Part shown: positions 15,062 to 23,893 of the stretch, in pieces
How positions within the stretch are numbered: the first letter of the stretch is position 1
How the letters are laid out: each line of letters opens with the position of its first letter
From: a virus
Taxonomy: Duplodnaviria > Caudoviricetes
DNA: 40,363 bases
IMG/VR virus record: IMGVR_UViG_3300032281_000998
Coordinates: 1-40,363 of that record
Reading direction: 5' to 3' (one strand)
Notes under the pieces: generated by a model
What the model saw: only the letters and a program-made list of their open reading frames with translations
Database searches by the model: none
What the model was told of the DNA's origin: nothing
Translations under genes and position numbers: made by a program

Positions 15062-15366
15062 GAAATCTGCTCCGCCGTCTCTTCCGACGCTGGCGCCGGG
15101 CGCCGCTCGATCTCTACCCCGTGCCGGCCGACTTCGACCCCGGCGAGGCGCTCGCCTTCACCCGCGAGAATCCTTCGCCGGTGTGGATCGCCGTCATGTC
15201 CGCGCTGCAGGACCGCATTGCCGACGCGACCGCCCTGGCCAGCGCCATGGCCACGGCGAAAGAGCCTGGCTACCAAGCGCACGCCGCCGGCCAGCTCGGC
15301 GCCCTGGTCGAGTTCTACGACGACCTCGAGCAAAAGCGCAGCGAGGCCATGGCCAAGCACCTGTAA
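15058..15366 (+). CDS. Hypothetical head-module protein
   Basis: 102-aa helical ORF. Confidence 0.65.
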   Translation: MRNLLRRLFRRWRRAPLDLYPVPADFDPGEALAFTRENPSPVWIAVMSALQDRIADATALASAMATAKEPGYQAHAAGQLGALVEFYDDLEQKRSEAMAKHL

Positions 15367-15371
15367 AGTCT

Positions 15372-15426
15372 GACGCTTTTTGGCGTTTCTTGGCGTCCTT
15401 TGGCGTTTGTTCCGACGGCCGGCGCT
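15372..15426 (+). repeat. Direct repeat copy A (late-promoter-like)
   Basis: 43/55 ungapped identity to 17225-17279 by hand count; contains three TTGGCGT at 10-bp spacing. Confidence 0.8.
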
Positions 15427-15615
15427 GGCAAATCACCGGGCCCCGCCCCATCTCTCGCCCCGCATGGATGAAAGGCACCACGTCAAAAATACTGCAAAGC
15501 ATGGCGTAGCCAATGCGAGCCGCATTTATTCCCAGGACGGCTATGTTCCTTCCTCTGTGCTACGGGAAGCGCAGGTAAGCGGTCCGCATCAACCCTCTGC
15601 GCCTTCCCCAATTCC

Positions 15616-16446
15616 ATGGCCCGCCGGATAAAGAAAGCCGCGGCGGCCAGGACGTCCATCCTGGTCGTTTGCTCCGACCTTCATTGCGGATCGTCCGTTG
15701 GCTTGATGCCGCCGGACTCGGAGAACCTGGCCGGCAACACGATCAACTTTGGCTCGAACCACCACCAAGCCTGGCTATGGGAATGCTGGCAGGATGCCCT
15801 GGGCCAAGTCGCCACGATCGCCGGCCGCGATCCCTACGCCGTATTAGTAAACGGCGACAGCACCGAAGGCATTCATCACCGGTCCCCGGAAGTCGTCGCC
15901 AGCTTGATCGAAAACCATTGCGCCATGGCGGCCGAGGCCCTCAAGCCGCTCACCTCGAAGGCGGCCGCCACCTTTGTGACAAAGGGGACCGAATGCCATA
16001 CGCACAACGTCGAAACCTACTTGGCTCAACTCATCGGCGCCAAGGACGGCGCTGCCCGCGAGAAGTGGCTGATCAACATTCACGGATGCGCGGTCGACGC
16101 GACGCACCATATTGGCGCGACCAGCCGCGCCTACCTCGAGGCCTCCGCACTTTCCATCACCCTGGGTAACGCCCGTCTTAACAGCGTCCGCGCCGGCCAT
16201 CCCATCGCCCAAGTCTATCTCCGCGGCCATCGGCATTGCGGCGGCGTCTATAGCGACGGCTCCGGGCTGATCGGCGTGACCGGCGGCTGGCAATTCTTAA
16301 CCCGGCACGGACACAAAGTCGTCCCCGACTCCGTCCCGCGGCCGAGCATTCTTATTCTGGATTGGCGAGGGAAGCCCGAAGGCGAACTGCCCACCCCGCA
16401 CCACATATTTTATAATCCGCCGGCCCCGCAAATCACCAGGATATGA
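15616..16446 (+). CDS. Calcineurin-like metallophosphoesterase
   Basis: SDLHCG, NGDSTEG, GTECH, THH and GHRH metal-binding motifs. Confidence 0.82.
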   Translation: MARRIKKAAAARTSILVVCSDLHCGSSVGLMPPDSENLAGNTINFGSNHHQAWLWECWQDALGQVATIAGRDPYAVLVNGDSTEGIHHRSPEVVASLIENHCAMAAEALKPLTSKAAATFVTKGTECHTHNVETYLAQLIGAKDGAAREKWLINIHGCAVDATHHIGATSRAYLEASALSITLGNARLNSVRAGHPIAQVYLRGHRHCGGVYSDGSGLIGVTGGWQFLTRHGHKVVPDSVPRPSILILDWRGKPEGELPTPHHIFYNPPAPQITRI

Positions 16447-16718
16447 CCAAGAAGACGAAGATCACGGCCGAGCAGATCGAAGCCTCGCTCGAGGCCTTCT
16501 GCCGCGAGATGGTCAAGCCCACGGTCACGCCGGACGTTATTCCGCCCGGCTGGTTCACGGTTTCCGACCTGGCCCATAAATCGGGCAAGGCGCCATTCAC
16601 CGTCAGCCAGCGCATTCGCAACATGGTCAAAAACGGCGAAGCCGAGCGCAAAGACTTTGCCATCCAACTCGAGCAAGTGGTGCGCAAGACCCCGCACTAC
16701 CGACTCCTGACGAAGTGA
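16443..16718 (+). CDS. Winged-helix-like protein
   Basis: PPGWFTVSDLAHKSGKAPFTVSQRIRNMVKNGEAE followed by a wing hairpin. Confidence 0.65.
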   Translation: MTKKTKITAEQIEASLEAFCREMVKPTVTPDVIPPGWFTVSDLAHKSGKAPFTVSQRIRNMVKNGEAERKDFAIQLEQVVRKTPHYRLLTK

Positions 16719-17137
16719 AGGGCTACCGCATCGCCCTGGCGGATCTCCCCGTCGCCGTGATGGCCTTGGATGAAATCTGTTTCCCGAGCGACGACCGGGT
16801 GAATCCCGACGGCGGCCTCTGGTGGATCGCCTGGTGCGGCAAAACACCCGTCGCCTATGCCGGAATGCGTCTGTGCAAAGACCCGCGCAACCAGGGCCTC
16901 GCCTTCCTCAATCGGGCCGGCGTGGTGCCCGGGCACCGCGGCCGCGGACTGCAAAAGCGACTCATCCGCGCCCGCGTCGCCGCTGCCCGGCAGCTCGCGG
17001 TCAACGAGCTGGTCACCTATTGCATGACCTACAACGCCGCCTCGATCAATAGCCTGGTGAATTGCGGCTTCCGTTTCTACGTCCCCGCGACCAAGTGGGG
17101 TGGGGGCAGTGCGGTTTATCTGCAGAAAGCGTTGTGA
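16715..17137 (+). CDS. GNAT family acetyltransferase
   Basis: Motif A VVPGHRGRGLQKRLI; motif B NAASINSLVNCGF. Confidence 0.88.
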   Translation: MKGYRIALADLPVAVMALDEICFPSDDRVNPDGGLWWIAWCGKTPVAYAGMRLCKDPRNQGLAFLNRAGVVPGHRGRGLQKRLIRARVAAARQLAVNELVTYCMTYNAASINSLVNCGFRFYVPATKWGGGSAVYLQKAL

Positions 17138-17224
17138 TATGTCGGTGCTTTAGACACGTCCACGAAACGTGTCGAAAGAAACGCATTTATTAAGCACGTC
17201 AGGGTCGGCGGATAAGTAATTTAA

Positions 17225-17284
17225 GACGCTTTTTCGCGCTACTTCATGCGCTTTGGCGTTGCTTCCGACGGCAGGCTCTATCAT
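17225..17284 (+). promoter_or_regulatory. Direct repeat copy B; candidate late promoter of the head operon
   Basis: Repeat of 15372-15426, followed by -10-like TATCAT at 17279-17284. Confidence 0.55.
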
Positions 17285-17409
17285 TCCGCGGCAGTCGCCC
17301 GTAATTCCCAATGCATGCGACCCGCATTCTGCATTGAGCGACGCACGCACGGCACCGATCACGGCGCCGGCCACCCCAATGCTGCCGCGTTCTTGGACGC
17401 TTAAAAACC

Positions 17410-18468
17410 ATGTCAATGGATACACCACAGCAGGTGCTACCTACTACCGGAGCGGACGTCAGTGACGTCGATTTCGCCGAAGTCGCAGCCAACCTTGGGA
17501 TTCAACTCAAGCCGGCCGCCACCGAAGCCAAACCCGACGAAGAGACGACCGAGCCAAACGAAGCAGCAGCTGACGAATCCACCGAGCCAGATCCGGCAAC
17601 GGACGCGGCGCAGGACCAGAACGACGAAGAGCCCACGACGGAGGACGACCCGGAGGAAACAACCGGCGAGGAACCCGAGCCCAAGGACCAGGACGCGGCG
17701 GCCGATAAGCCCGCCCCGGACAAAGTCCAAAAGCGAATCGACCGGCTTACGGCTGAGAAGCACGAATTGCGCGAGCAACTCGACGCAATCAAGGCCGAGC
17801 TCGAAGCCGCCACGGCGACCGCCGCGGCCAAGCCTCCCATCGTCACCATGGACCCGGAGAATCCGCTCAGTGCCTTCTCAGACGTCACCGCCCTCGAGGC
17901 GGAGATTGCCAAAGCGCAGGCGGTCCTTGATTGGACCGACGACAACCGCGATGGCGGAACAGTAACCGTAAACGGCGAGGAGAAATTCTACGATGCCGAC
18001 GCGGTCAAACAGATTCGCCAAAACGCCAAGTCGTTAATCAAGGCCGGGCCGAAGCAGCAGGAATACCTGTCGGTTCGAGCCCAAACCTTGCCGGAAGCCC
18101 AAACCTTCTACCCGGACTTTTTCAAGACCGGCACGACGGCCCACAACTTCCTCACCGCTACGCTGAAGCAATACCCGTTCATTACCAAGATTCCCGGCTG
18201 GGAGCTGGTGGTGGGCGACGCGTTTGAAGGGCAGCGACTTCGCATGGCCAGGGTCGAGCAGATGCAAAAGCGAGCATCGGCCGGCAAGTCCAGTAAGCCA
18301 GCACCGGCCAGCGCGTCGGGCTCGGATCGAATTCCGAACACCCCGAACCCGTCGGCCAGCCCGAAGGTATCCTCACCGGGCGCGTCGTTGCGGCAGAAGG
18401 CCGAAGCCGCGCTCAAGGGTCGAGGCGATCGCGGCGCCCTCGAAGCATTCATGGAAGCCATCGTGTGA
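17410..18468 (+). CDS. Capsid scaffolding protein
   Basis: Acidic disordered N-terminus and VQKRIDRLTAEK coiled coil; lies immediately upstream of the capsid gene. Confidence 0.8.
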   Translation: MSMDTPQQVLPTTGADVSDVDFAEVAANLGIQLKPAATEAKPDEETTEPNEAAADESTEPDPATDAAQDQNDEEPTTEDDPEETTGEEPEPKDQDAAADKPAPDKVQKRIDRLTAEKHELREQLDAIKAELEAATATAAAKPPIVTMDPENPLSAFSDVTALEAEIAKAQAVLDWTDDNRDGGTVTVNGEEKFYDADAVKQIRQNAKSLIKAGPKQQEYLSVRAQTLPEAQTFYPDFFKTGTTAHNFLTATLKQYPFITKIPGWELVVGDAFEGQRLRMARVEQMQKRASAGKSSKPAPASASGSDRIPNTPNPSASPKVSSPGASLRQKAEAALKGRGDRGALEAFMEAIV

Positions 18469-18516
18469 TGACCTTCCGCCCAACTTCGAAACCAATATTT
18501 AGAAAAACCAAATACA

Positions 18517-19530
18517 GTGGCTGAGCTTTTAATTCAAAATCAAGTCGGCGCCAGGGAGGACCTGGCCGATTTAATCGCAGTTGCAGACCAAAAGAGCACC
18601 CCGTTGCTCTCGATGGCCCGCAAATCCAAAGACCCGACCAACCCGCTTTTCAGCTGGCTGGTGGATAACCTCGAAGAGCCCGTCCTCACCGGCGTTCTCT
18701 CCAACGCAGACGCGACAACCTTCAGCAATCCCGCCGCCGGACGCCAGCGTCTCTACGGCCGGATTCAAAAGCTGCGCAGGCTGCCAAAAATCGACGATCT
18801 CGCCGAGTCAGTTTCTGACGTGGCCGGCATCGGCCGCAAGCGTGAGATGGCGAGAGCCGTCACGAAGAGCCTCCAGGAAATCGCCCGCGATTTGGAGAGT
18901 GTGTTCTGCTCCGACCGCGACAGCACGGAACAATCCGGCGTAACCCCGTTCACCACGCGTGGATTGGGCAGTTGGATTTCCAACTCTGTGCAATCGGATT
19001 CGGCTACAGCCGTCCCCGCAGCCTATCGCACCCCGGCCGCCTCGATCAGCACGACCGGCACGAATAGCATCACCGACGGCACCATCCAGCTGTTGCTCCA
19101 GTCGCTTTACGAGCAGACCGGCAAGGTGAAGAGCTACACGCTCCTCTGCGGACCCACCCTCAAGCGCCGCTTCACCGGGTTCCAACAGACCCAGTTCGGC
19201 AGCGCCAACACCGGCAGCTCCGTGCGTCTCTTCAACCAAGACTCCGCCGACGCGTCTTACTACGCCAAGGTGGATCTGTTTGTTGGTGACTTCGGCGAGC
19301 TCGTGTTGACCCCATCCCTATTTCTGGCCAAGGACCAGGTCGCCGCTTCGCAGCTGCGCCGTGGTTACATCCTCGATATGGACGCGGTGCATATCCGCTA
19401 CAACCGCCGCCCGCGCTACATGCCCCTCGACGACGAAGGTGGCGGTCCCCGCGGCATCGTTGACACCATTGCCGGCCTCCAGGTCGATAACCCCCTGATG
19501 TTCGGCAAAATCGCCAGCACCGCGGATTAA
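18517..19530 (+). CDS. Major capsid protein (DUF5309/SU10-like)
   Basis: REDLADLIAVAD..TPLLSM, FSWLVDNL and EIARDLE; GTG start; position fits. Confidence 0.88.
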   Translation: MAELLIQNQVGAREDLADLIAVADQKSTPLLSMARKSKDPTNPLFSWLVDNLEEPVLTGVLSNADATTFSNPAAGRQRLYGRIQKLRRLPKIDDLAESVSDVAGIGRKREMARAVTKSLQEIARDLESVFCSDRDSTEQSGVTPFTTRGLGSWISNSVQSDSATAVPAAYRTPAASISTTGTNSITDGTIQLLLQSLYEQTGKVKSYTLLCGPTLKRRFTGFQQTQFGSANTGSSVRLFNQDSADASYYAKVDLFVGDFGELVLTPSLFLAKDQVAASQLRRGYILDMDAVHIRYNRRPRYMPLDDEGGGPRGIVDTIAGLQVDNPLMFGKIASTAD

Positions 19531-19555
19531 TCACTAACCAAAGGAAATCAGCATT

Positions 19556-20005
19556 ATGACAACCAACGCATTCCGCTCACTCCACGAGTCCCCTCGTGGC
19601 TACAACTACCGCTTCGTCATCGATCATACCGACCTGACGACATCGGCCGACAACACCGCGCAGGACATCACCCTGATCACCCTGCCGGCCAACTCGGTTA
19701 TTAAGTCCGCCGCCACCTACTTGAAGACCCCCTTCGAGAAGACCGGCACGTCGGCCTACAACAACAACGTCCTTATCGTCGGCGATTCTGGCGACACGGA
19801 CCGCGTTATTGCGTCGCAGCAGATCAACAATAACGGCTCCGACGTGCTGGCCAAGGCCCATGCCTCGACCATCCCGTTTGCCTACGTTGGGGCCACCGCC
19901 ATCGTCGCCAACTTCGCCTCCATGGCGGCGTATGACCTGGCCGAGCTCGACGCCGGGGAGATTCACATCTTCCTCGAAGTCGCTCAGCTCGACACGCTGA
20001 CCTAA
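19556..20005 (+). CDS. Capsid decoration/cement-like protein
   Basis: Beta-rich 149 aa with LPANSVI and VGDSGDTDR, directly after the major capsid gene. Confidence 0.65.
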   Translation: MTTNAFRSLHESPRGYNYRFVIDHTDLTTSADNTAQDITLITLPANSVIKSAATYLKTPFEKTGTSAYNNNVLIVGDSGDTDRVIASQQINNNGSDVLAKAHASTIPFAYVGATAIVANFASMAAYDLAELDAGEIHIFLEVAQLDTLT

Positions 20006-20026
20006 CCGATGAAGTAGCGAGACACA

Positions 20027-20162
20027 TTTGCGGCCCGGCCGGAGCAGCTTGTTTGCAACGGACATGGGAATGGGATTGATCCCGGCCGGGCCCGCAAATT
20101 TACCAAAGGAATGCTGAGCACTGGCACCTCACCACAGGTTTCACTCTCAGCGTTCATTTTTT
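20027..20162 (+). terminator. Two stem-loops after the capsid genes, the second followed by a T-run
   Basis: ATTTGCGG-CCCGGCCGG pairs with CCGGCCGGG-CCCGCAAAT; GAATGCTGAG pairs with CTCAGCGTTC, then ATTTTTT. Confidence 0.55.
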
Positions 20163-20165
20163 AAT

Positions 20166-20540
20166 ATGCTCGACTCTCTTGACGGTGAACTCGGCTCCCT
20201 TGTGAAAGAGGAGCTTTGCCGCGGCTGGTATGCCCAAGCAGTCAATGCCAAGGCCCGCCAGCTCCGTATCGCCGCGGCCAACGCCCGCATCGAGCACGCC
20301 CACATCGAAGGGGTAGGGCAGCACGTCGCCAGTATCGACGCCTTCAGCTTCATCGACTGGGAGCGCCGCCACCCCGGCATCACGCGCCAGAAGGACTGGT
20401 GGAAGAGCCTGCTCCGCGACAACCCGGAATGTCGGGTCCAGTCAACATCCAGCAAAACTCGAGTCAGCTTCGCCGGCCTCGACTGCAACCCCAGTGAAAA
20501 CACCGGCATCTGCCCGCCGGCCGTTTCGCAATCCGCGTGA
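20166..20540 (+). CDS. Hypothetical virion-module protein
   Basis: 124-aa ORF coupled to the portal gene. Confidence 0.7.
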   Translation: MLDSLDGELGSLVKEELCRGWYAQAVNAKARQLRIAAANARIEHAHIEGVGQHVASIDAFSFIDWERRHPGITRQKDWWKSLLRDNPECRVQSTSSKTRVSFAGLDCNPSENTGICPPAVSQSA

Positions 20541-22654
20541 TGATGGCGTCCGGCTACGACACGTCGGCAGTCCTCGGCGCCCCCGACGTCGAAACGATCC
20601 GCGGCTACCTGCTCAACATCCAAGAGGCCGAGTCCGATGTCGGCGGCTACCTGGACAAGAAGCAGAGGAATTACGAAACCCGGCACGCCCTTTGGAACGG
20701 CCAGGACCCGAGCGGCCGCAAGAAGTCGCAAGCCCTCGGCCGGCAGGCTTTCCCCTGGGAAGGCGCCTCGGATGCCCGCGTGCGCCTGGCCGACCAGATC
20801 GTCAACGAGAATGTCTCCCTGCTTTCCAACGCCTTCTTCCGCAGCAAGCTCCAGCTCCAGCCGATCGAGACAGGCGACGCCGCCTCGAAGGTCGCCGCGG
20901 AAACCGCCCTGCGCTGGATGCTTTTCCAGCACGCCGCCGATGATTTGAGGCGCGAGATCGAGTTGGTCGCCCAATACCAGGAGATGTATGGGCTCGGCAT
21001 CATGGCGATCAACTGGCGACGGACGACCCGCACCGAGCGCAAGACGATCAGCCTGGACGAATTTCAAGCCATGCTGGCCGAAACCGGCGACCCAATGATC
21101 CAGATCCTGCTCGAGAGCATCCTCGATCCCCTGCAGGAAGCGGACGCCGTGCGTATGCTCAAGGATCTGGTCAGCCCGGCCGCGGCCAAGGTGAGCGTGA
21201 TCCGCGACCTGCGCAACACCGGCTCGGCCGAATACGACAACCCGTATATCTTTGAGAACCGCCCGGAGTTTGTCGCCCTCGAGCCATGGGAGGACATTTA
21301 CTTCCCCGCCCAAACCGGCGACCTGCAACGCGCCCGCTTCGTCGCCTGGCGCGAAGTGGTGAGCGAAACCGAGCTGCGCGAGCGCATCGTCACGGCCGGC
21401 TACGACGAGGAATTCGTCGAGTCCGCCCTCAAGCACAAAGGCGCCTACCGCCGGCCGATCCGCAATTACTACCGGCAAGAGCTGATCAACCTCGATACGG
21501 AGCGGGAGATGATCGAGCTCTGGCACTACTACGAGAAGCAGCACAACAAAGACCAGACCACCCGGATCACCTACAGCGTCCTGCACGAGAGCGTCTCGAA
21601 CGTGACCGGGCTCTCCGAGCTGCTCCCGTATCATCACCAGCAATACCCCTTCGTCGAATTCTGCCGCGAGCGCGTCAGCCGCAACATTCTGGAGAGCCGC
21701 GGCGTCCCCGAGCTGGTCGAGTCCCAACAGCTCGAGATCAAGACGCAGCGGGATTTCCGAAGCGACCGCGCCAGTATCGCGGTGCTTCCCCCGATTCGCG
21801 TGCCGAGTAACCGCGGCAAAGTAAATCTCGTCTTCGGCCCCGGCGCCCAGATCCCCGAGCGGCGGCCCAATGAATTCGGCTGGATGGAGCCACCCCGCTT
21901 TGACCAGGGAACGATCGAGATCGAGGCCAGCACCCGGGCCGACGTCGACCAATATTTCGGGCGGTTCGCCAACAGCGTCCCGCAGCCGCTCACCATGCTG
22001 CAGCAGCAAACGCAAGTCGACCGCTGGCTCCGCAGCTGCAAGGCCATGGTCGCCCAGGCCTTTGCCTTGATGCAGCAATACATCACGGACATCGAAGTCT
22101 TCCGCGTGGCCGGCGCCATGCCCGCGCCCTTCCAACTGACCCGCGAAGGTATCCAGGGACGCTTTGACCTGGTCGCCGAATACGATGTGCGCGACCTCGA
22201 CGTCGAGTTGCTCGGCAAGCGCCTCGAAGCGATCACCCGCCTGGCTGTTCCCCTCGACGTGGCCGGCACGATTGACCGTGCCGGCCTCGTCCAATTCGTG
22301 ATGAACGCGATCGACCCGTCGCTGGCCCAGAAGATCGTGCGCCCGCAGGAAGTCGCCACCGCCCAGGAGGCCGAAGACGAGCAGCTGGCCTACACCAAGA
22401 TCGCCGCGGGCACCGAGCCCCCGTTGCCGACCGAGGGCATGAACGCCCAGCTCCGCACCCAAGTCCTCCAGGGGATTGTCCAAGCCAACCCCGCGGTGAG
22501 TCAGCGATTCCAGAACGACGAAATCTTCCGCTCGATGATCGAAGCAAGATTGAAAGCCTTCGCCTTCCAAGTGCAGCAAACCCAAAACGCTCAGATCGGT
22601 AGGGTCGGCGCCGTCCCCGCGCTGCAAGGCCAGATGATGCAGACCGCGCCATGA
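20537..22654 (+). CDS. Portal protein (P22-like)
   Basis: 705 aa; FPWEGASD, YPFVEF...SRGVPEL motifs and a Gln-rich C-terminal barrel; position fits. Confidence 0.85.
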   Translation: MMMASGYDTSAVLGAPDVETIRGYLLNIQEAESDVGGYLDKKQRNYETRHALWNGQDPSGRKKSQALGRQAFPWEGASDARVRLADQIVNENVSLLSNAFFRSKLQLQPIETGDAASKVAAETALRWMLFQHAADDLRREIELVAQYQEMYGLGIMAINWRRTTRTERKTISLDEFQAMLAETGDPMIQILLESILDPLQEADAVRMLKDLVSPAAAKVSVIRDLRNTGSAEYDNPYIFENRPEFVALEPWEDIYFPAQTGDLQRARFVAWREVVSETELRERIVTAGYDEEFVESALKHKGAYRRPIRNYYRQELINLDTEREMIELWHYYEKQHNKDQTTRITYSVLHESVSNVTGLSELLPYHHQQYPFVEFCRERVSRNILESRGVPELVESQQLEIKTQRDFRSDRASIAVLPPIRVPSNRGKVNLVFGPGAQIPERRPNEFGWMEPPRFDQGTIEIEASTRADVDQYFGRFANSVPQPLTMLQQQTQVDRWLRSCKAMVAQAFALMQQYITDIEVFRVAGAMPAPFQLTREGIQGRFDLVAEYDVRDLDVELLGKRLEAITRLAVPLDVAGTIDRAGLVQFVMNAIDPSLAQKIVRPQEVATAQEAEDEQLAYTKIAAGTEPPLPTEGMNAQLRTQVLQGIVQANPAVSQRFQNDEIFRSMIEARLKAFAFQVQQTQNAQIGRVGAVPALQGQMMQTAP

Positions 22655-23301
22655 AAACCGTGACCGTCTCCAGCATCGTGGCCAACGCGGCGAGCCGCGC
22701 CGGCTTGGATGGTTCGTCCATCGGCAACCTACCAAGCGTGACCAAGAGCATTATGGTCGACAACCTGGGCTCGCATCTGAAAGACGCCTGGGAGTTTTTT
22801 GACTGGCCGGATTTGTGCCGCACTGAGGAGCGCACGGTGCAGACCGGCGTAGACGAGGACATTTACATCGACTTGGCGCAAGCCGGCGAGACGGAGATCG
22901 GCGACGTGTTCTCGGTCTTTCAAGACAATCCCAATACCCACGCCGCGCCGAGAGAGATCAGTTTCTCCCTGGATTTGGACAAAGTCCGCCTGCCGAGCGA
23001 TTGCCCCAGCGTCATCTATGTTCGTTTTCGGCTGACCCCCGGCGCTGAGCCGCGTGATCCCAATGGGCTTGTCGTTACGCCTGTCGTCGACGGCGTGGTG
23101 GCCGCCCAGACTGTGCCGCAGATATTGGCCGACTACTGCAAGTTCTCCCTCACCGGTGACCTGCTGACCGAAGACGGGCAACTGGACAAAGCCCAGGTGA
23201 TGTATGGACGGGCCGAGCTTTCGCTCGTCAAAGAAACCGAGAAATTAACCCTTCAACAACGCCAAGTCCGCCGGTGGACCGCAAATGTCGGACCTTACTG
23301 A
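22651..23301 (+). CDS. Head-tail adaptor / tail tubular protein A-like
   Basis: AWEFFDWPDL motif; follows the portal gene. Confidence 0.65.
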   Translation: MKTVTVSSIVANAASRAGLDGSSIGNLPSVTKSIMVDNLGSHLKDAWEFFDWPDLCRTEERTVQTGVDEDIYIDLAQAGETEIGDVFSVFQDNPNTHAAPREISFSLDLDKVRLPSDCPSVIYVRFRLTPGAEPRDPNGLVVTPVVDGVVAAQTVPQILADYCKFSLTGDLLTEDGQLDKAQVMYGRAELSLVKETEKLTLQQRQVRRWTANVGPY

Positions 23302-23312
23302 CACGGAAAACC

Positions 23313-23588
23313 ATGGGATTCCCTAACAGCAAAATTAACAACGGCCTCTCCGGCGGCGCCTACATGGGCGATACCAACCAGCGCACCGGCGACTGGCTCG
23401 CCATCCAGGTCCTTGCCGACACGAAGTTCTCCGTATTAACGGGCAACATAGCCGACGACCCGAGCTCGGTCTTGGCGGCCGAGGCCAGCGCCTTTTACTC
23501 CGCGACGATCCCGGCCGGCACCACGCTATTTGGCAAGTTCACCTCGATCAAAATGCACAGCGGCCAAGTCATTGCCTACAACGCCTGA
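23313..23588 (+). CDS. Small virion protein, paralog 1
   Basis: MGFPNSKINNGLSGG...; highly similar to 23636-23893. Confidence 0.75.
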   Translation: MGFPNSKINNGLSGGAYMGDTNQRTGDWLAIQVLADTKFSVLTGNIADDPSSVLAAEASAFYSATIPAGTTLFGKFTSIKMHSGQVIAYNA

Positions 23589-23635
23589 TGACGGACCCGA
23601 TTGAACACTAAAAACTAAACACTGAAGACAAAACT

Positions 23636-23893
23636 ATGGGATTCCCTAACAACAAAATCACGAATGGTCTGAGTGGCGGCGTCTACATCGCCGACACAAA
23701 TGCGCGCACCGGGCAATGGCTCGCCGTGCAAGTCCTGGCCGATGCCAAGTTTCACACGCTGACCGGCAACATTGCTGACATTGCCAACACGACCGAGGCC
23801 AGTGCGCCGGTCATTCCGGCAGGCAGCACGATCTTTGGCTATTTCACCGCCCTCCAACTGCACAGCGGCCGCGTCGTCGCCTGCAATAACTAA
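23636..23893 (+). CDS. Small virion protein, paralog 2
   Basis: MGFPNNKITNGLSGG...; tandem duplicate of 23313-23588. Confidence 0.75.
   Translation: MGFPNNKITNGLSGGVYIADTNARTGQWLAVQVLADAKFHTLTGNIADIANTTEASAPVIPAGSTIFGYFTALQLHSGRVVACNN

Noticed and set aside
17138-17224. AT-richer spacer with small inverted repeat GACACGT/ACGTGTC
   Set aside because: Too short to assign; it may be a gene remnant or weak terminator, and I found no second copy.
20147-22735. 862-aa minus-strand ORF
   Set aside because: Antisense shadow of the portal gene caused by high-GC codon bias; no recognisable motifs.
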